64,000 nucleotides of DNA from positions 2,880,001 through 2,944,000 of the forward strand of contig OY843751.1 of NCBI GenBank assembly GCA_963693055.1. The letters are read 5' to 3'. This DNA is from a bacterium. Its GTDB lineage: Bacteria > Zhuqueibacterota > Zhuqueibacteria > Residuimicrobiales > Krinioviventaceae. Under the pieces are notes generated by a model. The model searched no databases and was not told the origin of the DNA. It saw only the letters and a program-made list of their open reading frames with translations. Positions 8,508 to 16,508 of the stretch are shown here, in pieces. Position 1 is the stretch's first letter. Each line of letters starts with the position of its first letter. Made by a program: the position numbers and the translations under genes.

Positions 8508-9404
8508 TTAGTTAACTTTTTCTTTTTGTGCTTTTTCCTTGTTTACTTTAATGATAAGGTCACCCTCTTTTTTTAATGCTTTTAAAAATTTATCCTGATC
8601 TTTTGCCGGAATTTCTGTTGCGCTTTGCACACCAAAATCACCCAACACCTTTAAATACAAGCCGTGTACCCCGGTTTGTTCGAAAAACCAGTTGCGCCAT
8701 TTTTTAACACTTTCCTCAAAAGTTAAGGGCGCTTGAGAGGAACCATTGTTCCCATTTTTATTTCCGTTTTGATTTCCGTTAGGTTTTTTGTTTGGCTTGC
8801 CTTTTAAATTTCCATAACCCCGCCCATCATCATCAAACTCATTAGTAGCTAATCCAGTTATTGCAAGCAATGTATATCTTTTTAAATATGAATCTGTTGA
8901 ACCGATTCCTTGCATATCATTTTTACCGCCTGTTAGATCGGCCTTTGCATAAAGTGCAGTAGATTTACTATACCCCTGAATATGTGTTATTCTACATGTA
9001 ATTTTAATATAATTATCTGTTTGCTCTTGAATCCATTCATGAATTAAATCGTTTTCTGCTAAACCGTCAATTATTGCAGAAACAACATTACCAATAGAAG
9101 CATGGTCGTATTCGACAAGGGTACCATCTTTTTTCCTAAATTCAACATGCTTGTCTTTTACAATCCTCGGAGCATTCTTTTTAAATGCAATCATTGCAGT
9201 ATTGTAGGCTATTTCAGCGTCACGCTCTTCAAGACGTTGATGTAATTGAATGATTTTTTCAAGGCGCTCAACGTCAAGGTCTTTTTCCAACGCTAACGCA
9301 ATAACACCCGCTGCTGTAATGTTTTGCAATATAGCAGGGTCTATAATTTGCATATCTTGACTTGGTATAACTGTAGGTTTGGTTTCTTTTTTTTCTTCAC
9401 TCAT
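8508..9404 (-). CDS. ERF-family single-strand annealing recombinase
   Basis: QGIGSTDSYLKRYTLLAITGL..DDDG signature. Confidence 0.9.
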   Translation of the reverse strand: MSEEKKETKPTVIPSQDMQIIDPAILQNITAAGVIALALEKDLDVERLEKIIQLHQRLEERDAEIAYNTAMIAFKKNAPRIVKDKHVEFRKKDGTLVEYDHASIGNVVSAIIDGLAENDLIHEWIQEQTDNYIKITCRITHIQGYSKSTALYAKADLTGGKNDMQGIGSTDSYLKRYTLLAITGLATNEFDDDGRGYGNLKGKPNKKPNGNQNGNKNGNNGSSQAPLTFEESVKKWRNWFFEQTGVHGLYLKVLGDFGVQSATEIPAKDQDKFLKALKKEGDLIIKVNKEKAQKEKVN

Positions 9405-9416
9405 AGTAAACACCTT

Positions 9417-9680
9417 TTAATTAATGCAAAAATTGCCAGTTAATTCTTTTACTTTTTCGGTTTGTGCGTTGTACTGGGTCAACAATCGTTCATCCCCGTA
9501 AACATCATAGCTTACTTGGGAAATGAAAAACTGTTTAACCCGTTCCCGCTGACTATCCATAACCCTGTATGTAATTTCCTTATCTGGATTTGCTTGCACT
9601 AAATCCCGTGTTACATTTCCGCTTTGCTCAAAGTCATCAATAAAGATTTCCATGATTTTTTCAATGCTTATTCTTTCCAT
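9417..9680 (-). CDS. Phage hypothetical protein
   Basis: 87-aa ORF with RBS in early operon. Confidence 0.6.
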   Translation of the reverse strand: MERISIEKIMEIFIDDFEQSGNVTRDLVQANPDKEITYRVMDSQRERVKQFFISQVSYDVYGDERLLTQYNAQTEKVKELTGNFCIN

Positions 9681-9696
9681 GCTTTTACCCTTAAAA

Positions 9697-9954
9697 TTAA
9701 ATGAATTGTTTAACTTCGGTTTCTGTACCCTCTACAAATTCCAAAGGCTTGTATTGTGAAAAATTTTGTAATTTTAAATCAACCTCGTGACGCGAAAAAA
9801 CACCACAAACAGGAACAAAAACGCCCGTCTTAATCATTTGCAGTACCTTATTATCACCTACACCGGTTAAATAGATACATAATTCTGATTGGTTCAAGAA
9901 ATCTTGCTCTTGTAAATCCTTTTTTGTTAATCCTTTAACCCTTGCCCTGTTCAC
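9697..9954 (-). CDS. Excisionase-like helix-turn-helix protein
   Basis: FLNQSELCIYL.....KVLQMIKTG..P...FSRHEVD pattern; early-operon position. Confidence 0.55.
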   Translation of the reverse strand: MNRARVKGLTKKDLQEQDFLNQSELCIYLTGVGDNKVLQMIKTGVFVPVCGVFSRHEVDLKLQNFSQYKPLEFVEGTETEVKQFI

Positions 9955-10009
9955 CTTAAGCCCTCAATCTCAAAATAAATGTTGAATTATTAGAAATATT
10001 TATCTATAT

Positions 10010-10186
10010 TTATAAAGATTTTTGTTGTTCGAGTTCTGCAATTTTATCTTTTACTATTTGTTCATTTACATAACCCATCTTTAAACCTTGTTGGGTCAAT
10101 AGCTTTTTATATCTCTGTTTTAATTCCCTTGAAACCCAAAGCGGGGATTTTTTTTCAATATTTGAATTGGTTTTACTTTTTGACAT
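10010..10186 (-). CDS. 58-aa ribbon-helix-helix-like DNA-binding protein in the Cro position (absent from ORF track)
   Basis: Hand translation MSKSKTNSNIEKKSPLWVSRELKQRYKKLLTQQGLKMGYVNEQIVKDKIAELEQQKSL*; AAAGG RBS upstream. Confidence 0.7.
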   Translation of the reverse strand: MSKSKTNSNIEKKSPLWVSRELKQRYKKLLTQQGLKMGYVNEQIVKDKIAELEQQKSL

Positions 10187-10351
10187 TTATTGACCTTTAT
10201 TTGTAATGTTTTGAAATATTACCAACAACTGTAAATAATTTAACAATATTTTTATTAATGTCAAGAATTATTTTAAATAATTACAAATAAAAATAAATAA
10301 AAATATTTATAATATAAACGATTAATTAATAATACTTTAAGTGGGGTCAAA
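10187..10351. promoter_or_regulatory. Divergent phage switch region
   Basis: Leftward TTGACA (10264-10259)-N16-TAAATT with extended TG; palindrome AATTATTT-T-AAATAATT (10266-10282); 12-bp inverted pair 10196-10207/10280-10291. Confidence 0.6.
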
Positions 10352-10702
10352 ATGAAAGTTGAGACGAAAAGTTTAAAGAACGCAGTTGAATTGATTTTAC
10401 AAGAATTAAATACAACGCCTGATGAACTGGAAAAAATTACTGGGGTCTCAAGGGTTACAATATTTAATATTCTGAATTTGAAAAATCCAACTACTCAAAG
10501 GGGGGTCGCTCGGAAGTTAGCAGAAAAAACAGGGCATGCCTTAACGGTCAGTCCTAAAGGAATTTGTACATTTACAAAATTAACAGAAAATTCTAACGAA
10601 TTAAATCAAGATGAATTTGAATTAATTAAACTTTATCGGGGACATTCTCCCGAAATAAAGCAAGCGGTCAAGCACCTCTTGGGGTTGCGGGGCGATAACT
10701 AA
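10352..10702 (+). CDS. XRE-family prophage repressor (CI-like, no S24 peptidase domain)
   Basis: TPDELEKITGVSRVTIFNILN HTH; C-terminal LNQDEFELIKLYR motif. Confidence 0.85.
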   Translation: MKVETKSLKNAVELILQELNTTPDELEKITGVSRVTIFNILNLKNPTTQRGVARKLAEKTGHALTVSPKGICTFTKLTENSNELNQDEFELIKLYRGHSPEIKQAVKHLLGLRGDN

Positions 10703-10722
10703 AAAGTGGGACGGGTAAAGAT

Positions 10723-11013
10723 ATGGAAATGAATGCAGACGAAAAGAGCATATTGCAAGCAATTAGTGGGAACAACATTAAATCACTGGTAATTTTTTTG
10801 GAATGTCTTGATAATTTTCAAGACATTGAAAAAGATTTATCTCAGGATCAAAAAAAGTTGATTCTTGGAATGGTTCATAAATGTTTAAATGTTGCTGATG
10901 TTTGTAATTGTAGGCTGGAGTTTGAAAGGATCACTAATAAAGAAACAGAATTAATACTGGAGGGTGTAGAATATGATTCAAAATTTTCACAAAAAAATTC
11001 AAAGTCTTTATAA
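10723..11013 (+). CDS. Hypothetical protein in immunity operon
   Basis: 96-aa ORF just downstream of the repressor. Confidence 0.55.
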   Translation: MEMNADEKSILQAISGNNIKSLVIFLECLDNFQDIEKDLSQDQKKLILGMVHKCLNVADVCNCRLEFERITNKETELILEGVEYDSKFSQKNSKSL

Positions 11014-11527
11014 TGAAAACATTCAGGAAAACGAAACCTTGCTTTATTGTTTTCCGGGGCCAAAGAAACAAGGGTTATTTTGTACTGACAAAAAAGTGTT
11101 AATTTTAAAATCAGGATTTGATTATAGTGGTACAATTGTTACACAAATCCAATTAAAACAAATAACAGGGATAAAAATGTTTGAACCTGGGGGCATAAAT
11201 AGCATGTTTTCATTGCCGTATATTGAAATACAGTCTGCAAGCTATCAATCATTTTCAAATTATAGAAATGTCAAGGGAATTGTATCTGCACCTAATGGAA
11301 TTTGGTTTGAAAAACCGGGGCTTGTTGTAGAATATTTTTTCAAGGAATGGGCTTTCCAATTACAACAAATTATAGAGGAACAAGTCAAACCAAAATCAAA
11401 CCCCGCCCCGGAAAAAACCGGGGTTAATTCCATGAATGATCTTGAACGATTGGCGGAATTATATAGAGAGGGGCTTTTAACTGAAAGCGAATTTACAGCG
11501 GCAAAGGCAAAAGTTATAGGGGGTTAA
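10973..11527 (+). CDS. PH-like domain plus C-terminal SHOCT domain protein
   Basis: LFCTDKKVLIL (PH-like); DLERLAELYREGLLTESEFTAAKAKVI (SHOCT); GGAGG RBS. Confidence 0.8.
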   Translation: MIQNFHKKIQSLYNENIQENETLLYCFPGPKKQGLFCTDKKVLILKSGFDYSGTIVTQIQLKQITGIKMFEPGGINSMFSLPYIEIQSASYQSFSNYRNVKGIVSAPNGIWFEKPGLVVEYFFKEWAFQLQQIIEEQVKPKSNPAPEKTGVNSMNDLERLAELYREGLLTESEFTAAKAKVIGG

Positions 11528-11528
11528 T

Positions 11529-12680
11529 ATGGAACCTGTACCAGTCCGGGCAAAAGTTAGGGAGAGAAAAACAGGCTATCAATTTACAATTGTTTTCAAT
11601 AATGGTACTGAAAAATATTTCACAAAACAATGTACCGAACAAACAGCAAACGAAATCCTGTTAATGATTAAAAATAGAATAGCATTAAATACTTTTAATA
11701 TCAAAGATTTCCATTTAACTACAGAACGTTCTATTTCATTGCAATTATATGCAAATACGTATTTAACGTATAGAGAAAAATTAATTCCATCCGGAAAAAT
11801 CTCAATAGAGACATGGAAAAAAGATTATTATAGTTTTAAATTGTTTTCTGGTAAAGTTGGAAAAGGTATATTAATTACTGCCATTTCTCCAACGGTTGCA
11901 ATTGATTTTGTAAACAACCTAATTGATAATAATTACACCCCGTCATCAATAAACGGTTATGTTAAGCATTTACGGGCGGGGTTTAATTGGGGAGTGAAAA
12001 ACGGGAAATTAAAAAGTAATCCTTTTGAATCTGATGAAATCCCCCGGATAAAGCAGGAAAACAAAAAAAGAGTATTTACAAAAAATGAAATTAGTGATTA
12101 TATTAAACACACAAAAACATTGCCTACAAGGTGGAAATTAGACGTTTTTTTAATAGCACTCAATACAGGCTTGAGACGTTCCGAAATTTTCAAGTTAACT
12201 AAAAATGATTTAATTATAACACCAAAGCAAGGCGGGGGCAATATTTACAATTTGAGAGTACAACGAAAAGGAAATAAAATTCAAGTTGTACCCGTCCGGG
12301 GCAAAACAACACTATTAATAAAAGAACGTATTGAAATTTTAAACAACAAATATGAAACAACAAAGATCTTGAGGGCTTCCAAGCAGTCACAAAACCCTTT
12401 AGCAAAAGAACGATTAAAAGGCGGGTTTCTGTTTTTTGAGATCACAACACCCGCCGCAATCACAAGAGAAATCCGGGAAATTTTAGACCACTTGGGGATT
12501 AAAGCCCGGTTTCATGATTTACGTAAAACATACGGTACAGACCTCATTGAGCATGGTGCAACACTGGAAACCGCTTCAAAGCTGTTGGGCCATGCAGACC
12601 TACGCACAACACAAACCTTTTATACTGAAATCACAAGTAGTAAAATAATCCAAGAAATTCAAGACATCCCGGAATATTAA
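11529..12680 (+). CDS. int: Tyrosine recombinase (phage integrase)
   Basis: TGLRRSEI, KGNK, FHDLRKT, LLGH, FY catalytic motifs; SAM-like core domain. Confidence 0.95.
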   Translation: MEPVPVRAKVRERKTGYQFTIVFNNGTEKYFTKQCTEQTANEILLMIKNRIALNTFNIKDFHLTTERSISLQLYANTYLTYREKLIPSGKISIETWKKDYYSFKLFSGKVGKGILITAISPTVAIDFVNNLIDNNYTPSSINGYVKHLRAGFNWGVKNGKLKSNPFESDEIPRIKQENKKRVFTKNEISDYIKHTKTLPTRWKLDVFLIALNTGLRRSEIFKLTKNDLIITPKQGGGNIYNLRVQRKGNKIQVVPVRGKTTLLIKERIEILNNKYETTKILRASKQSQNPLAKERLKGGFLFFEITTPAAITREIREILDHLGIKARFHDLRKTYGTDLIEHGATLETASKLLGHADLRTTQTFYTEITSSKIIQEIQDIPEY

Positions 12681-12687
12681 CAGATTC

Positions 12688-12735
12688 GGGGGCAAGGCCG
12701 GGATTTGGGGGCATATAGGAGGCATTGCGGGGGCA
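12688..12735 (+). repeat. GGGGGCA direct repeats, putative integrase arm-type sites
   Basis: Copies at 12688, 12707, 12718 (GGAGGCA) and 12729. Confidence 0.65.
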
Positions 12736-12779
12736 AAAAAGAAAAAGGTCAAAGCTATTAACTTTGACCTTTGTTTTTA
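12735..12779 (-). terminator. Intrinsic terminator downstream of tRNA-Pro, probably bidirectional
   Basis: AAAGGTCAAAG-ctattaa-CTTTGACCTTT (12744-12772) with T-tracts on both strands. Confidence 0.8.
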
Positions 12780-12790
12780 TTGCGTTTAAG

Positions 12791-12865
12791 TCGGGGCGAG
12801 AAGATTTGAACTTCCGACCCCTTGACCCCCAGTCAAGTGCGCTAACCGGGCTGCGCTACGCCCCG
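12791..12865 (-). tRNA. tRNA-Pro(GGG), CCA not encoded; prophage integration target
   Basis: CGGGGCG/CGCCCCG acceptor stem, anticodon arm CTTGA-CTGGGGG-TCAAG, GTTCAAATC T-arm, discriminator A. Confidence 0.97.
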
Positions 12866-13239
12866 ACGTTATGGTTATTATTACTATCTATAATATCAAG
12901 CATTGCTTCAAGTTCAGCTTTAATATCTTTAATCAAATCGTCTCTTTTCAAACTTGAAAAAGATAACTGCAACTTGGGTTGTTGCTTGTTATTTTTCATT
13001 TTTATTAATCGCTGTTTAGCACCTTCAATTGTATATTTCTGCTGATACAATAATCGCTTAATAAGGAAAATGACTTGAATATCATTTTTTTTATAAATAC
13101 GATTTCCAGCTCGATTTTTAGCAGGTTTAAGTTCAGTAAATTCTGTTTCCCAATATCTCAAGACATAGGGCTTTAAACCAGTTATCTCGCTGACTTCAGC
13201 AATCGAATAATACAATTTTTTGATGGCTTTTTCTTCCAT
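12856..13239 (-). CDS. MerR-family HTH regulator (type usually found before tRNA-Pro)
   Basis: KLYYSIAEVSEITGLKPYVLRYWETEF..KNRAGNRIY..YTIEGAK; likely start MEEKAIKK after GAGGAAG. Confidence 0.9.
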   Translation of the reverse strand: MEEKAIKKLYYSIAEVSEITGLKPYVLRYWETEFTELKPAKNRAGNRIYKKNDIQVIFLIKRLLYQQKYTIEGAKQRLIKMKNNKQQPKLQLSFSSLKRDDLIKDIKAELEAMLDIIDSNNNHNVGA

Positions 13240-13305
13240 CAACTTCCTCTTCAGAGGACCACATTCAAAATCAGAATTAGAAAATAATGATAATTGTGTC
13301 AATAA

Positions 13306-14082
13306 TCAAGTATTTTTTTTAGTATTTTTCCAAGATTGTTTTTTGACCATTACTGTTCCATTCGAACATATATTGATCATACTTTGCAAAATAAAATAAA
13401 TTCTCATATATTTCAAGTAAATTTTATTCATAAAAGTAGTTTTATTATCAAATAGATAAACACCAATCCTGGGTATTTTAAATTTATTTTCAGCAGCTGA
13501 CAAACTTTTCCCCATAATCACGCCGCCATTATATCCAACCTTGCGACATACCTCTATCACTGATTTATTGGTATTACCAAAAGGATAAGAAATATATGGG
13601 CAAAAGTTACTTACTTTATTCTTTAACACTTTTAATGAATCACTTAATTCATTGTATACCAAAGAATTAGGGATTTGCGTAAGGTCCATGTGTGACATGG
13701 TGTGTGAACCTATTTCCCAACCATCATCATCCAGCTCTGAAATTTGCTTCCAGGTTAGATGTGGAAATTTTATCCAACCGATATTTACATCCCACGTATT
13801 CATTTTACCACAGTAATCAGGATTAACGAACACTGTTGCCTTTAGTCCATATTTTTTCAGAATAGGATAAGCAAAAGTGAAAACAGATTCATAACCATCA
13901 TCAAAAGTAACAGCAATTCGCTTGTTGTTTGGCGAATTGCTGTTAAAGTAATCTGTTAAAGTATGGAACGTAAATCCTTGTTCAAGGGCCCATAGTACCT
14001 GGTTTTCAAATTGCTTTGGAGTAACACGTGTTATGCCAAAGTCAAAACGTGTATCTACCATATGGTATGCTAGAATACTCAA
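13306..14082 (-). CDS. Polysaccharide deacetylase (NodB/CE4)
   Basis: LAYH, TFDDGY, EIGSHTMSH, SYPFG motifs. Confidence 0.92.
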   Translation of the reverse strand: MSILAYHMVDTRFDFGITRVTPKQFENQVLWALEQGFTFHTLTDYFNSNSPNNKRIAVTFDDGYESVFTFAYPILKKYGLKATVFVNPDYCGKMNTWDVNIGWIKFPHLTWKQISELDDDGWEIGSHTMSHMDLTQIPNSLVYNELSDSLKVLKNKVSNFCPYISYPFGNTNKSVIEVCRKVGYNGGVIMGKSLSAAENKFKIPRIGVYLFDNKTTFMNKIYLKYMRIYFILQSMINICSNGTVMVKKQSWKNTKKNT

Positions 14083-14085
14083 GAA

Positions 14086-15219
14086 CTAGGATATCACAGA
14101 GTTTAAAGATTCAAAGGGCAAGTCAAATGCTTCGGCTACACCTTCATAGGTGATCTTGCCATTAATTATATTGATACCTGGAGACAACTCATCGTTGTCT
14201 CTTAATGCTTTTAAAAATTCATTTTTAGGTAACTTTGATTTTTCAGCAATTTCAATAGCATAGGGTAAAGTTGCATTAGTTAAACCAATAGTTGAAGTCA
14301 TTGGCACAGCTCCAGGCATATTCGCAACTGCATAGTGTATAACACCATCAATTACATATGTGGGGTCCTCGTGAGTTGTGGGGTGTATTGTCTCAACACA
14401 TCCACCCTGATCAACTGCAACATCCACAATTACAGTTCCAGGTCGCATGATCTTTAACATGTCTTTGGTAATCAAATTAGGAGCTTTGGCGCCAGCAATC
14501 AAAACAGCACCAATTACCAGATCTGCAGTACTGATTGATTCACGTACAGTATAAGGACTGGATTTGATTGTAGCAACATTTTTAGGCATTACATCATCAA
14601 GATAGCGCATACGGTCAAGATCAATATCAAGTATAGTTACATTTGCGCCCATACCGGCTGCCATTTTTGCTGCATTGGTACCTACAATACCTCCACCTAA
14701 AATAACAACATGAGCAGGTCTAACACCAGGTATTCCACCCAATAAAATACCTCTACCGCCAAAATATTTTTCAAGATACTTGGCACCTTCCTGAACCGCC
14801 ATACGTCCGGCTACTTCGCTCATAGGGATTAACAAAGGTAATGTACCATCCGCTTTTTCAACAGTTTCATAAGCAATACAGGTGGCCTTACTTTTAATCA
14901 TTGCATCAGTTAACTCGCGAGATGCTGCAAAATGAAAATAAGTGAATAATACTTGTCCCTCTCTGATTAAATCATATTCAGGTTTCAGAGGTTCTTTAAC
15001 CTTCATGATCATTTCAGAGCGATCAAAAATTTCTTTCGGGGTGTCTACAATTTCGGCACCAGCATTAATGTACACATCATCGGAAAAACCGCTTTCCACA
15101 CCACCATTCTTTTCAACAAGAACTTTGTGACCCTTTTGTACAAGGATTTCCACACCGGCAGGAACCAACGCTATACGATTTTCGTTGGTTTTAATTTCCT
15201 TTGGTACACCGATAATCAT
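14086..15219 (-). CDS. ald: Alanine dehydrogenase
   Basis: MIIGVPKEIK.NENR, PMSEVAGR, DVAVDQGGC, VANMPGAVP. Confidence 0.96.
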   Translation of the reverse strand: MIIGVPKEIKTNENRIALVPAGVEILVQKGHKVLVEKNGGVESGFSDDVYINAGAEIVDTPKEIFDRSEMIMKVKEPLKPEYDLIREGQVLFTYFHFAASRELTDAMIKSKATCIAYETVEKADGTLPLLIPMSEVAGRMAVQEGAKYLEKYFGGRGILLGGIPGVRPAHVVILGGGIVGTNAAKMAAGMGANVTILDIDLDRMRYLDDVMPKNVATIKSSPYTVRESISTADLVIGAVLIAGAKAPNLITKDMLKIMRPGTVIVDVAVDQGGCVETIHPTTHEDPTYVIDGVIHYAVANMPGAVPMTSTIGLTNATLPYAIEIAEKSKLPKNEFLKALRDNDELSPGINIINGKITYEGVAEAFDLPFESLNSVIS

Positions 15220-15235
15220 ACTGACCTCCAATATG

Positions 15236-16495
15236 TTAACATGGCGTTAACATGGTTAAAGTAAAGTTAGACTCGGTAAACACCTGATTTGCTAAATCCG
15301 TCAAATCATTTGGAGTTACGGCGTCAATTTTTTGAATTATAGTTTCAATTGAATTATGATGCCCACTATAAATTTCGTTCTCCCCTATTTTTCTCATTCG
15401 TCGGCCACTGCTTTCAAGGCCAAGTATTATATTGCCTTTTACATGAGATTTAATCTTGTCGAGTTCAATATTACTGATTGGCTGTTTAAGAATTTCGTTA
15501 AATTCGTTTTTAACCAATTCTATAGATTGATCAATTTTATCCTGAGCGCAAGCCATATATACACCAAAAACACCGGTATCGCGCATTATATCTGTAAAAC
15601 TATAGACATTATAAGCGAAACCATATTTCTCTCGTATATTTTGAAACAAACGAGAACTCATTCCTCCACCTAACAATATATCCAATAGTACAAGAGGATA
15701 TTTTCTATCGTCATTGTAGCCAAATGTGCGAACTCCCAAGCATAAATGTCCCTGCTGGACTGTATCAAATTTAATATTGTTAAATTTCACATTGGGAGAT
15801 TCAATAAAAGGTGGAAAATTGGTAAATTCAGAAACCACAGTTTTTTCAAAATACTTTTTTACCAGGTCTACAAATTCTTCATGCTTTACATTTCCAGCTG
15901 CAGCAACAACAATTTTACTGGTTGTATATTGGGAATGCAAATAATTTCTCAACTCATTTGAATCAAAACGAGAAACATTTTCCTGAGATCCATATATAAA
16001 GTAACCCAGTGGATGCTCAGCGTATAAATCCTGGTAAAAATTGTCCAACAACAACTCTTCAGGATCTTCTAAAGCATGATTAATTTCAGCAAGAATTACC
16101 TGGCTTTCCAGTTTAACATCTTTACTATCCATCTTGGGATTAATAATAATATCGGAGAGAATATCTACTGCAATTTCCGTATGATCATCAAGAGAATGTG
16201 CTGTATATAAACTAATTTCTTTACCGGTAGAACCATTCAAACCTCCACCAACAGCTTCAAGGCTTGATGCAATTTCTCGGGCACTACGTGTATGTGTTCC
16301 TTTAAAGAGCATATGCTCTAAAAAATGTGAGATACCGTTATTTTCCAACGTTTCGTTGCACGAACCCACATTCACCCATACACCCATAGAAACCGAACGT
16401 ACAAATGGCATTCGCTCAGTTACGACGCGAATGCCATTATCAAGAATTGTTCGATTGACTGTATTGTTGATATCAACATTTTCTAATACTGACAT
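15236..16495 (-). CDS. M16 family zinc peptidase
   Basis: HFLEHMLFKGT (HxxEH), GGGMSSRLFQ; usual position after pnp. Confidence 0.95.
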   Translation of the reverse strand: MSVLENVDINNTVNRTILDNGIRVVTERMPFVRSVSMGVWVNVGSCNETLENNGISHFLEHMLFKGTHTRSAREIASSLEAVGGGLNGSTGKEISLYTAHSLDDHTEIAVDILSDIIINPKMDSKDVKLESQVILAEINHALEDPEELLLDNFYQDLYAEHPLGYFIYGSQENVSRFDSNELRNYLHSQYTTSKIVVAAAGNVKHEEFVDLVKKYFEKTVVSEFTNFPPFIESPNVKFNNIKFDTVQQGHLCLGVRTFGYNDDRKYPLVLLDILLGGGMSSRLFQNIREKYGFAYNVYSFTDIMRDTGVFGVYMACAQDKIDQSIELVKNEFNEILKQPISNIELDKIKSHVKGNIILGLESSGRRMRKIGENEIYSGHHNSIETIIQKIDAVTPNDLTDLANQVFTESNFTLTMLTPC

Positions 16496-16508
16496 ATAAT
16501 ATTTTATA

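Larger units (their letters stand above)
1..12790. mobile_element. Prophage, integrase-proximal end (early, replication, immunity and integration modules); continues beyond left edge
   Basis: Tyrosine integrase next to tRNA 3' end; divergent repressor/early-gene switch; ERF, Gp157, SSB, DUF1376 initiator, MazG-like and RuvC-like genes; densely packed short co-oriented ORFs. Confidence 0.93.

Noticed and set aside
12725-13045. 106-aa plus-strand ORF after the integrase
   Set aside because: Antisense to tRNA-Pro and merR and spans a terminator
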